Positions 37,136 through 46,301 of a stretch of DNA of 64,000 nucleotides are shown piece after piece (position 1 is the stretch's first letter; each line of letters starts with the position of its first letter). The notes below the pieces were generated by a model. The model was not told the DNA's origin, ran no database searches, and worked only from the letters and a program-made list of their open reading frames with translations. The stretch is taken from the IMG/VR virus record IMGVR_UViG_3300026183_000827; one strand, given 5' to 3'. The translations under genes and the position numbers were made by a program. This stretch comes from a virus.

Positions 37136-38476
37136 TTAGTCAATTACCTCATGTCCATAATTTTCAAAGTATTTTGTTGTGTAAACACTTGTTTCATATT
37201 CTGTAGGGTTCCAATTATTATCAAATGGAACATAACATTCTTTGTTATCAATTAATTCTTGTACATTTATAGTAATAGACTTATACAAAATGTTTGGATC
37301 ATATTTTTCTGTCACACTAAAATATACTACATCATCAGTAGAATAACCAGACAATTTTAAAAACTTTTTAGTATACGGGTTTAACATAAATTCCCAGCGT
37401 TTTAATTTATTGTTTTGCCTAATTACTAAGTCAAATGTTTTATCTATACTATATTTGTATAGTTCTTTACCTATTAAAACTTTTGAACCATTTTTTAAAT
37501 TTTCTACATTTTCTATATGTAAAAAATCTTTATCAACTGAATAAATGTCACTACTTGTTAAATTGATTACATTAATTTCGTCGTCTTTAACTTCAATTAG
37601 ATTATTCCCTGAATAAAAGAAAATCTCTCCAAACTCTCTGTTATGCGCAATCTCATGTAAATCTCGCATATACAGTTTATTATAGTCTAAAAATTTTTCA
37701 CCTATTTTAGTAACATCTTGAAATTTTAATATTTTATTTTCATCGTTATATAAAATTACATCTTCAAGAATAACTTCACAATTTTCCTTTTTAAAATTAG
37801 TGTTACTTTTTTGATCTTTGATAAATTTATAAATTTTTCCTTTATAGAAAACGTGTTGTCCAGTTACATGTTCTAATTCTTTATACCAAACGTCTACATG
37901 TACTCCTTCAAAAATAGGTTTATTAACTTCTAATGATACTTTATGATCTGTTGTAGACGCTGTTGTAAGTTTTACATCTTCTACAAACACTGAAGCACAA
38001 TGAGAGTTAAAATCTTCATTTTCTTTGTTAGTTTCTAATAATTTATAAATGCTTCCTTTGTAATATACAAGTTGATTTTTTTGGTATGAATCTTGTTTAA
38101 TCCATATATCAATAATTGCACCATCATAAATTTTATCAAAATTTGTGTGGCTGTCCTTAGATACACTAGTTCTAGTAAATTCATGTATAAAAGATCCTGC
38201 AGAATTGTAATGATCTTCGTAATTTAATTCTTTTACAACTACTTGTTTTGAAGCAAAATCATATACAACAGTAAAATCAGAGACACTTTTAGAGCCTTCT
38301 AAAATAGGTTTTACGATGTCTGATGAAACTGCAACTACTTCATATTCTGTTTCTAGTGGACGACGATTTGTAATTTTATAAATTTTGTGATCTTTTTTAT
38401 CGTAAGAAACATAGCTTTCGTTTTGTTCGGCTTGTTGTACTTTTATATTTTTTAGTAATTCTTTTAGATTAGACAT
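37136..38476 (-). CDS. Hypothetical protein with two internal CBM5/12-like repeats
   Basis: DIW....Y...QLVYYKGSIYK...EDV and DVW....H..GQHVFYKGKIYK...EDV. Confidence 0.65.
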   Translation of the reverse strand: MSNLKELLKNIKVQQAEQNESYVSYDKKDHKIYKITNRRPLETEYEVVAVSSDIVKPILEGSKSVSDFTVVYDFASKQVVVKELNYEDHYNSAGSFIHEFTRTSVSKDSHTNFDKIYDGAIIDIWIKQDSYQKNQLVYYKGSIYKLLETNKENEDFNSHCASVFVEDVKLTTASTTDHKVSLEVNKPIFEGVHVDVWYKELEHVTGQHVFYKGKIYKFIKDQKSNTNFKKENCEVILEDVILYNDENKILKFQDVTKIGEKFLDYNKLYMRDLHEIAHNREFGEIFFYSGNNLIEVKDDEINVINLTSSDIYSVDKDFLHIENVENLKNGSKVLIGKELYKYSIDKTFDLVIRQNNKLKRWEFMLNPYTKKFLKLSGYSTDDVVYFSVTEKYDPNILYKSITINVQELIDNKECYVPFDNNWNPTEYETSVYTTKYFENYGHEVID

Positions 38477-39308
38477 TTAGTAATACCTTGTAACGTTCTA
38501 ATACAGGCGTTTTTTCTATAAATTCATTTTCAGTATAGTGTAGTATACCTGTTTGAAAATAGTTTCCTATTTTTATTTGACAGTTAGAATTTATATAGCA
38601 ACCAACCTTATCTAACCAGCTTTTTGTAACACTATCCCAACCTTGACAATATGGCTTCATATGCACGAATGTAGGATTTTTTACAAATGGATTAGTTATT
38701 TGATCTACACAATTTAAATTAACAGCAGCAATAGCAGCACATACATCCATACTAGGAAAACTAGGTGTAGATTTTTTTACAACAGATGAATAAAATTTAC
38801 CATAATCTTTTACTACTGTTTCTAATTCTTTATAAAAGTTCATTGCAAAATCGTTTTTCTTAAAATAATGAAACCCAGAAAAAAGATTTGGAAGATTATT
38901 TTCTATAAATGCTTTTCTATAATATGATGTATCAGCAATATTACCTCTATAATCATAAACATTACTAGTATAATATACATCGTAATTTTTTAAAAATGAC
39001 CACCAATTATCTATGTTTTCTAACACTAGCATATCAGTGTCTAAAACTATAGTTTCTTCATAAGGAGTTGCGTGGAATAATTTCCATCTATTTTCTATCT
39101 TCCATTCTTTGTCTTCTGCATCATCACCAAATGGTATAGGAATAACTTTATCAAAAAGATCTACATATTGCTTAGGAATATCATCGTTAGTAACTAAACT
39201 AATTTTGTAATTATTATTAGCTCGCAAACTCATTGCTAGCAAACATGCTTGCATTATATAATTGCCAGACTTTGAATTTTGTGCAAGTACTAAGAAACCT
39301 TTACTCAT
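38469..39308 (-). CDS. GT-A glycosyltransferase (GT8/mannosyltransferase-like)
   Basis: TPYEETIVLDTD (DxD), SGFHYFKK, VHMK. Confidence 0.7.
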   Translation of the reverse strand: MSKGFLVLAQNSKSGNYIMQACLLAMSLRANNNYKISLVTNDDIPKQYVDLFDKVIPIPFGDDAEDKEWKIENRWKLFHATPYEETIVLDTDMLVLENIDNWWSFLKNYDVYYTSNVYDYRGNIADTSYYRKAFIENNLPNLFSGFHYFKKNDFAMNFYKELETVVKDYGKFYSSVVKKSTPSFPSMDVCAAIAAVNLNCVDQITNPFVKNPTFVHMKPYCQGWDSVTKSWLDKVGCYINSNCQIKIGNYFQTGILHYTENEFIEKTPVLERYKVLLNV

Positions 39309-40158
39309 AACCTACCTCATCTATAATTCTAGATAAACTAAACTTATTCATTACATGCATATTCATATTTTTGGTATTAATTGCATAATATTCGCCTAAA
39401 TAATCTTTTTTAGCAACTAAAAACAGCATACTTTCGTCGTTCATATTCCACAATATGTCTTGATCTGTAATGTAAAGTAATTTACCAGGCATCTCTCCAC
39501 AAAAGCTACCTTTGTTAAAACCATTTAATATATGCAATGCAATACTAAATGCAAAGTCGTTTCTAAATAAGTTTGATTGTATTTGGTATACTCTTCTATA
39601 ATGATTCCATTCTTCTTGTATATGTTTTATTAAATCAAAAAATAATTTGTTGTCATCTGTTTTTCTAAAAAACACACAAGTTGCCCAGTAAAACTCGCAG
39701 CCGCTATCACTTATAAACTCAAATTCTTTTTGATTTCTTGTTCCGCTTAGTTCGTAAGATTTTTTATACAATAGTAAATCTTGATCGCTATCAAAACAAT
39801 TTAAAAACAAATCATTATTAATTACAAAATCACTATCTAATAAAAGAGTTTCGTCATAAGGTGATAAATCATATGCAGACGATCTTGATGAATTTTTAAA
39901 AGTATCAGTCTTTGATGCAAGACCGCCGTCATAAAAGTTTCTTGAGTTTGACTTGTGTTCGTAGTCAACTTTTATAATTTTATCAAAAATATTTTTATCA
40001 AACGTTTTTTCTAAATACGCAACATTGTCTGTAATAATAGATGTAGGTAGATTTAGATATTTTTTTACTCGTTTGGCTAAAAACACTGCTTGTTTTACAT
40101 AGTCAATGTTATTGTTATTTCTAGCAATTACTAATACACCTTTACTCATTTGCGTCAA
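39301..40158 (-). CDS. GT-A glycosyltransferase (GT8/mannosyltransferase-like), paralogue of 38469-39308
   Basis: SKG.LV.A.N, SPYDETLLLDSD, RNDFAFS, HVMNK. Start may be the second Met. Confidence 0.7.
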   Translation of the reverse strand: MTQMSKGVLVIARNNNNIDYVKQAVFLAKRVKKYLNLPTSIITDNVAYLEKTFDKNIFDKIIKVDYEHKSNSRNFYDGGLASKTDTFKNSSRSSAYDLSPYDETLLLDSDFVINNDLFLNCFDSDQDLLLYKKSYELSGTRNQKEFEFISDSGCEFYWATCVFFRKTDDNKLFFDLIKHIQEEWNHYRRVYQIQSNLFRNDFAFSIALHILNGFNKGSFCGEMPGKLLYITDQDILWNMNDESMLFLVAKKDYLGEYYAINTKNMNMHVMNKFSLSRIIDEVGYE

Positions 40159-40495
40159 CTAAATTAGGCACCGATCTTTGCTTTTTTAAATTCATAAATT
40201 TGTTATAATATTCATTAGATGCTGTAAAATAAACATCTATAATATTAGAATGAAAGTCATCTAAATCTGTAATTTGAACAGGTATTCCGTTATCGTCAAC
40301 TAAAACAACTTCAGTGTTATCTGTTGATAACAGAGTGTAACAAAAATTAATTAATTCTCTGGTTACTGTGAACTGAGCGCCGTTATGATAATATAAAAGA
40401 TCTTGATTGTACGTTTCTTTTAATAATCTTTTTTGATTGTTAAAAGTAACCATATAGTTGCTAAAATCAAGAGCTTTTTTAAGTCTTTCGTCCAT
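40142..40495 (-). CDS. Hypothetical phage protein, first gene of the long minus-strand island operon
   Basis: 117-aa ORF with AGGAG SD. Confidence 0.78.
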   Translation of the reverse strand: MDERLKKALDFSNYMVTFNNQKRLLKETYNQDLLYYHNGAQFTVTRELINFCYTLLSTDNTEVVLVDDNGIPVQITDLDDFHSNIIDVYFTASNEYYNKFMNLKKQRSVPNLVDANE

Positions 40496-40524
40496 AGAGA
40501 TACTCCTACTATACTTTAACTTAT

Positions 40525-40553
40525 AGTATATAACACTTTTTTTAATTTGTCAA
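40525..40553 (-). promoter_or_regulatory. sigma70 promoter TTGACA-N17-TATACT heading the island operon
   Basis: Reverse complement: TTGACA 40553-40548, 17-nt spacer, TATACT 40530-40525. Confidence 0.8.
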
Positions 40554-40565
40554 GGAAAGTTTGGC

Positions 40566-41873
40566 TTAGAAATTAGAAACTGTTGCGCCAACAGCATCTG
40601 ATTCGTCATAGATAACAGTATCAATTGTCTCACCGTTTATTAAAATGCTTCCGCTAGGAATAGCTAAGAACATAGAACTACTAAGTGTACCTTGAACATA
40701 TTCATCAATCACTTCACTATGAGCATCTTGGCAACTAAGTTTGATTTGAATTTTTTGCGAATTAACTTTAAGAGCATCTATTACAACTCTATTATTACTA
40801 TATGACACAGCACTACCACTAGTATAAATTCTTGTATACGAACTACTTAAATCTTCGTAACCTTTTGTAGTTGTTAATCCTGTACTGTCTGTGACTTTAT
40901 CAATACTTACAGCAATTTGTCCAAGTGTATTCAACAAAGTTTGCCAATTTTTTGTTTTTAGCTGTGATCCTGTATAAGCTATAGATAGTGCGCAACGTAC
41001 TTGTCCGCCTGCATTAAAAAAACTATCTAAACTAGTTTCGCTACTAAAATCTACAGTAAAAATATGACTAACAGTTGTTCTCCACACTAAGCTTCTTGAG
41101 CTTGATAATTGAGTAGTACCATCTGAAAGATATAAAGGCACAATATTTGCCTGATTTGCTACATCGATATTGAATCTAGTTGTTTCTAAAGACGCTACTT
41201 TAGACTCTAGTCCTGATATGTATGCTTCTTCTACTTTGTCTGTTGATGCTAAGTTTGTAGCATAGTCTCCTACAACAAAGGGATCTATTGTAATAGACGA
41301 TCCGTTTTGGTGTGCATCTATTCTTACAATGTCTTTGTATAAGTTAATATATTCGTTATCGTCAACAATATCTGTATCAGAAATTACAGGAGAACTTAAT
41401 AATGTTTGACCATACCCGTAACCAGCAATGCCCCTATCTGATACTACAGTTCCTACTCCAGAATATAAGAAACTTTTACTAGAAGTTAATGATCGTTGAG
41501 CATCTGTTTGGCCGTCTGACTGGACAAATGTACTAAAACTTACAGCATAAAAGAAGTTATCTATGGTTTGTGATTGGGTGATACCGTTAGTTAAGTCATT
41601 TACCCAATATGCTACACCCAATGCCTTTGCTTTTCTAAACAATCCGTATCTAGTGCCTAGGCTTGTACTAAAAGTATCATTACTCTCGTATAAATTTAAC
41701 ACAAAATCTTTGTAAGCAATAACAGTTGATTTTGCAGTGCCGCTCCAGTATGTAGTTTTGTATTCATCGTACCAGCTGTCCCAGTCATAAGTCGCAGAAG
41801 TGGAGGGTCCGAGAATTTGTTCTACTTGAGAATATAAGTCATTAAATCTAGACGCATTAATAGTAACAGGCAA
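40566..41873 (-). CDS. Virion structural protein with inserted DUF4214-like domain
   Basis: Homologous to the N-terminal part of 41921-44779 (GYGQ, FFN.GGQ); TTG start with AGGAG SD and ATAAATA at 41893-41899. Confidence 0.7.
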   Translation of the reverse strand: MPVTINASRFNDLYSQVEQILGPSTSATYDWDSWYDEYKTTYWSGTAKSTVIAYKDFVLNLYESNDTFSTSLGTRYGLFRKAKALGVAYWVNDLTNGITQSQTIDNFFYAVSFSTFVQSDGQTDAQRSLTSSKSFLYSGVGTVVSDRGIAGYGYGQTLLSSPVISDTDIVDDNEYINLYKDIVRIDAHQNGSSITIDPFVVGDYATNLASTDKVEEAYISGLESKVASLETTRFNIDVANQANIVPLYLSDGTTQLSSSRSLVWRTTVSHIFTVDFSSETSLDSFFNAGGQVRCALSIAYTGSQLKTKNWQTLLNTLGQIAVSIDKVTDSTGLTTTKGYEDLSSSYTRIYTSGSAVSYSNNRVVIDALKVNSQKIQIKLSCQDAHSEVIDEYVQGTLSSSMFLAIPSGSILINGETIDTVIYDESDAVGATVSNF

Positions 41874-41920
41874 TTTTATTTCTCCTTATTACTATTTATT
41901 TTCTATTAAGTATTCATTCA

Positions 41921-44779
41921 TTAAGCTGGCGGTAACACTGTTACTGTATCAGAGGCTGTTAACGAACCGCCGCTTCCTGATACTGTCATTGAAATAGTAT
42001 ACGCACCTTGTTGTGAGAAACTAATATTAGGTGTATAGTAATTGTCGCCAGGTGTATAATCTACTACATCTGTTTCTGTAGTTGCATCTGGTTTAGTTAC
42101 TGTATATTCAACTGAGTCAATGTCACCTGTTGCTTGTAGGAAGCCTCTTCCTGTAGTGCCAAATGCTACAGTTTCAAATAATCCTGCCCATTCAGGGGCT
42201 ACTAACCAAGACGGACTTACAGGCTCTACAGTATTTACAACATCAAATGTTATAATTTGCTCTAACGTATCATTTGACGCATTACTAATTGATAATGTTG
42301 CTGTTTTAGTTCCGAGCCCGCCATAGTTTGTGCCGTCAAAAACAATTGCACCGGTAGTTCCACTTGGTAAATCGAGTGAGCTGTAATTAACACCAAAATC
42401 GGTTGTAATTGAAGCTGTGATTGCATTTGAAGTTGCATAAACTAGTCTTAGAGGATCGCCTATTTCAACTTCGCTTAATGGATCTGAATAGAATGCTGAA
42501 ATTGTTGGTAGCGGTGCGCTAACTGGGATTTCTGTTGTTGCAGAAACGCTGCCGCCGGCGTTAGTAGCAGTAAGCGTAGCAACAAGGTTTCCTGTTCCGT
42601 CTGCTTCTTCTAGTACAATTACATTACTACTACCTGTAGCATTTGTACTATCTGTAGTTGATGCAATGCCTAGACCTGAAATAGAAACATTTATCGAATC
42701 AGCATTAGATACGTCCCATGATGTAAACACTGGATCTCCCCAATATGCAGGTGATCTGTTCCATGCAAAGCTGTTTACGACAGGTACTGCAATAGGTGCG
42801 TCTGGCGTTGTTTCATCTATACTTGTATCATTTACTGTAATACTTGCTGTAGCTTTTCCGTTATCAAGTGCTACAGTCATTGTTTGATTACCTTCTGTTA
42901 AATAGTCAGCTACAACATTGTAGTTTTTAACTGCTGTATTACTATAAACTGTAAAGTAATCAGTTAGTTCTGCAGAAATACTTCCACCTGGTGTGCCTCT
43001 ATCAATAGCAACACCTGCGTCTGTTCCAGCAATAAAGTCTTTACTATTAGTTAATGACCTAGTAGCGTCTGATTCCCCTCCAGAATAATCTAAATATTCT
43101 AATGGAATTGTATTTAGGCTAGCTGCATAGAAAAAGTTATTTCTAAATGTAGCTTCTGCTTGACCTAAACTTAATATGTCGTTTACCCAATACGCAATAC
43201 CTGCTGCACCTGGATTTCTAAATAATCCATATCTAGTACCTAATGATGTTGAATATTCGTTATTAGATGTATAATAAGGTAACACTATATCTTTTGTAAG
43301 CAATACTTCAGCTTTTGTAAAACCATCCCAGTATACTTGTCTAAATTCGTCATACCAATCGTCCCAGTCGTATGTGCCGTCTGCTAGATCTTCTCTTTCT
43401 ATGCCACTGATTGTAAATGGTACTTGTGTGCCATTGGTAATATTTGTTGTTGTAAGCGTAAAACTAATAGTTCCGCCCTCATTAATACTCACAGAACTAG
43501 GACTTAGGACATATGTAGCTTCAGTTGGCTCTGTGCTTGTATCATTAACTGTAACCCTTGCGGTTGCTTGATTATTATCAAGTGCAATGTCAAAGAACTC
43601 TATACCTTCTGTAGCTTCGTCAGCAAGTACAGAGAACGTAGCAACTGCAACTCCTGCTCCATTTAATACAAATGTTCCAGTTAGTGAACCTGATAATAAA
43701 TCGTCTGCTGTTACGCCTGAAATTGTATATGGTACGTTTGTTCCTGAAGCAACATTAAATGTACTTAATGTAACTGTAAACGGTGATCCTTCATTTACAG
43801 CAGAAACACTAGGTGTAAGTATGTACCTAGGTCCTGATCCAGGTGTAGATCCTGTTAAATCTACACTTGTAAATACACCAGGAGCAGGTACGCTTACTTC
43901 ACCTGTTGCTCTATATAAACTTACTACACTTCTTAGTGTGCCATCGACATTATTATCTATAAGGTTGTCAGTTACAACATCGTTAAATTCTGCTCTAAAA
44001 GAAATTTGGGTTCCGCTAATTGCTCTAGCTTTTAATTGAAATGTATTTCCAGCATATATTCCACTGTATGATCCAGAACCAATTTTACTATACACTGTTT
44101 GGTAAGCTGTAGTTAAGTCAAAATTTCCTATAGCTGCGCCGGAACCTGAACTTGCACTAGTTCCGTTTGCATCAAAAGATATAATACCAATTTCATTTGT
44201 TAATGCTGCCCAATCTAATCCTTTTGGTGTAGAAGCATTTGTATTGGAGGGATCCAATCTTATTTGGCCACCTGTATTAAAAAAATGTCTTCTAGCATCT
44301 GCACTAAAAAATGTTACAATAAACTCGTGATATATTAATCCGTTCCATGTACTTGTTCGAGTAGATGTAGCTGCTGTTACAAGTCCTGCTTGACTAGGAT
44401 CAATTGAAACCTTGTCTATTTCTACTAAACTCATTAGATCTTCAAAATCTGAAATTCCTTTCTTAGTACCGGCTGGATCAGATGATACTAAACCACTATT
44501 GTTTACAATAAAAGAAGTTTCGTCAGCAACAACGTTTTGGTTTTCTAGAAGTTCTGCAACACTTGTAACACTAGGGTGGCTAGGACCAACTTGGTGTATT
44601 CTAGCTTTAATAATATCTGCATATAAAGCATTAACATGATCTGCGTCAATAATGTCTCCAGGTAGCACTTGAGTGCTTTCTAATGTTTGACCATATCCTG
44701 TTTGACCCGATCCGTTACCTAATACTAGCTCTATTCTAGATTGCAGATTGTTAATTCGTGCTGCTGTAATTTCTGCCAT
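41921..44779 (-). CDS. Virion structural/fibre protein with Ig-like (Calx-beta/PKD-like) repeats
   Basis: Two Y.L.PS...NEG...TEG...ALDN..ATA..TVNDTS repeats, further beta-rich repeats, inserted DUF4214-like domain. Confidence 0.72.
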   Translation of the reverse strand: MAEITAARINNLQSRIELVLGNGSGQTGYGQTLESTQVLPGDIIDADHVNALYADIIKARIHQVGPSHPSVTSVAELLENQNVVADETSFIVNNSGLVSSDPAGTKKGISDFEDLMSLVEIDKVSIDPSQAGLVTAATSTRTSTWNGLIYHEFIVTFFSADARRHFFNTGGQIRLDPSNTNASTPKGLDWAALTNEIGIISFDANGTSASSGSGAAIGNFDLTTAYQTVYSKIGSGSYSGIYAGNTFQLKARAISGTQISFRAEFNDVVTDNLIDNNVDGTLRSVVSLYRATGEVSVPAPGVFTSVDLTGSTPGSGPRYILTPSVSAVNEGSPFTVTLSTFNVASGTNVPYTISGVTADDLLSGSLTGTFVLNGAGVAVATFSVLADEATEGIEFFDIALDNNQATARVTVNDTSTEPTEATYVLSPSSVSINEGGTISFTLTTTNITNGTQVPFTISGIEREDLADGTYDWDDWYDEFRQVYWDGFTKAEVLLTKDIVLPYYTSNNEYSTSLGTRYGLFRNPGAAGIAYWVNDILSLGQAEATFRNNFFYAASLNTIPLEYLDYSGGESDATRSLTNSKDFIAGTDAGVAIDRGTPGGSISAELTDYFTVYSNTAVKNYNVVADYLTEGNQTMTVALDNGKATASITVNDTSIDETTPDAPIAVPVVNSFAWNRSPAYWGDPVFTSWDVSNADSINVSISGLGIASTTDSTNATGSSNVIVLEEADGTGNLVATLTATNAGGSVSATTEIPVSAPLPTISAFYSDPLSEVEIGDPLRLVYATSNAITASITTDFGVNYSSLDLPSGTTGAIVFDGTNYGGLGTKTATLSISNASNDTLEQIITFDVVNTVEPVSPSWLVAPEWAGLFETVAFGTTGRGFLQATGDIDSVEYTVTKPDATTETDVVDYTPGDNYYTPNISFSQQGAYTISMTVSGSGGSLTASDTVTVLPPA

Positions 44780-44788
44780 GACGATCCC

Positions 44789-46264
44789 TTATACCTTTAG
44801 AACACATTCTACTAGTTTTTCACCCTCGTCAAAGTTGCTTTCTAATGCAATGCCAACAACTGAACCTCCATTAATTGCTGTACTTGCACAACCATTGTCG
44901 TCAACATATACAGCATCGCCTTTTGCAACTGGTCCAATTACTCTTACAGGCAATCGTCCTTTTAGACCAATGTATTGTCCTTCTGCATCACTATTCATCA
45001 TTACAGCAGGATCTGTTGATACAACACCAATTGCTATACACCCTCTATTTGCAGCTTCAACTTCATGATCATCGTGTTTGCATACACAAACAACTGTGCC
45101 AGGAACAAGTTCTTCGCTTGTGCTATATTTTTCTGCTAAGTCTGCATATCTTGCTTGTGTAGCAGTACCTTGGAACAATGTTGCACTTAGGTTACCTGTA
45201 GCATCTCTTACTGCAACAGTATTATTTGATGTTGCAACTGAAGCAGTTCTATAATTTCCCGAACCATCATTAAGTGTTGCAGCTTTAGATGCTATGCCTA
45301 CAAAGTTAGTAGCATAAACATCATTCCATACAAGTGATGCACTACCTAAATCAAATGTATTGTTTGTTGCAGGATTAAATCCTGCACTTGTAAATGTAGC
45401 TACATGTGTTTCTTGTCCAGTGCCATTTGTTGCTTTAAATTTTATTTTACTGTTTAATCCAGTAATGTTAGAAATAACACCTTCTGTGCCGTTTTCAACT
45501 TTAATTCTTAAATCTTGGCTATCACCAATTTGTACACCTGCATCTGGGAATGTTACAACTGTATTAAAATTTGGATTTGTTGTTTTAACAAACTGATCTG
45601 CAGAAAATCCTTCTAGTTTATCTGAGTTAGATGCAGTGCCTTGGAACCTGTGTGCATCTGATGTTACACCTGAGGACGAATTGATAAGTGTTATACCTTT
45701 AGTAATTACATTAAATGCATCAAGATTTTTAAGGGCTGTTTCACTTGCTGCTAATGTAAACGTACTACTACTAATAATCATTACAACGTTATCATTAATT
45801 GTACCAGTAATTATACTTCTTGTTGCGCCACCGTCATCAAGTACTTCTCTACTTTGCATTTGGGTTACGCCTTCGCCTGCATTCTGTGGGCCAATTAATA
45901 TAAATGCTGTTCCATTATAAACATACAATTGATCATTGGCATTATCCCACCAAAAATCACCTTCAGCAAGTCCTGCAGGTTCGTCTGCACCTATTTCGGC
46001 ACCACCAGTAGTTCTCCACTGTGTACCATCATAAAATTTAAGTTTACTGTTGCCACTATCAAACCAAACTTGTCCGCTAATTGGTCTTGCTGGTTGATTT
46101 GCTCCACTAAAATTTTCTAGCAAAAACAGGAAGTTTTCATTCTGGATTTCTCCATAACCTGCATAGTTTTTACCTATAAACTTAAGATCAGTAGTTTGAT
46201 CTACTGTTCCGTCCTCTACTGTAGTAAGTAGTGTATTATTGTATCTATCAATTTGATATGCCAT
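44789..46264 (-). CDS. Tail fibre protein with C-terminal intramolecular-chaperone/autoprocessing-like domain
   Basis: Shared fibre N-terminus (GKNYAGYGE..NENF..LLENF...GQ.W.D); C-terminal ADLAEKY...GVVSTDP...GRLPVRV; ATAAATA at 46291-46297. Confidence 0.75.
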   Translation of the reverse strand: MAYQIDRYNNTLLTTVEDGTVDQTTDLKFIGKNYAGYGEIQNENFLFLLENFSGANQPARPISGQVWFDSGNSKLKFYDGTQWRTTGGAEIGADEPAGLAEGDFWWDNANDQLYVYNGTAFILIGPQNAGEGVTQMQSREVLDDGGATRSIITGTINDNVVMIISSSTFTLAASETALKNLDAFNVITKGITLINSSSGVTSDAHRFQGTASNSDKLEGFSADQFVKTTNPNFNTVVTFPDAGVQIGDSQDLRIKVENGTEGVISNITGLNSKIKFKATNGTGQETHVATFTSAGFNPATNNTFDLGSASLVWNDVYATNFVGIASKAATLNDGSGNYRTASVATSNNTVAVRDATGNLSATLFQGTATQARYADLAEKYSTSEELVPGTVVCVCKHDDHEVEAANRGCIAIGVVSTDPAVMMNSDAEGQYIGLKGRLPVRVIGPVAKGDAVYVDDNGCASTAINGGSVVGIALESNFDEGEKLVECVLKV

Positions 46265-46301
46265 TGTGTCAAGCCCCTAAGTATTATACTTATTTATTCA
46301 A

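Noticed and set aside
10175-40495. RiPP cluster with a precursor peptide for the SPASM radical SAM enzymes
   Set aside because: No short precursor-like ORF, PqqD/RRE domain, peptidase or transporter is evident; the 95-aa ORF at 22444 is a SPASM-like domain. A precursor elsewhere in the genome is not excluded.
40507-40528. 7-bp inverted repeat TACTATA/TATAGTA next to the SD of ORF 40495
   Set aside because: Short and AU-rich, does not cover the GGAG, and is plausible by chance.
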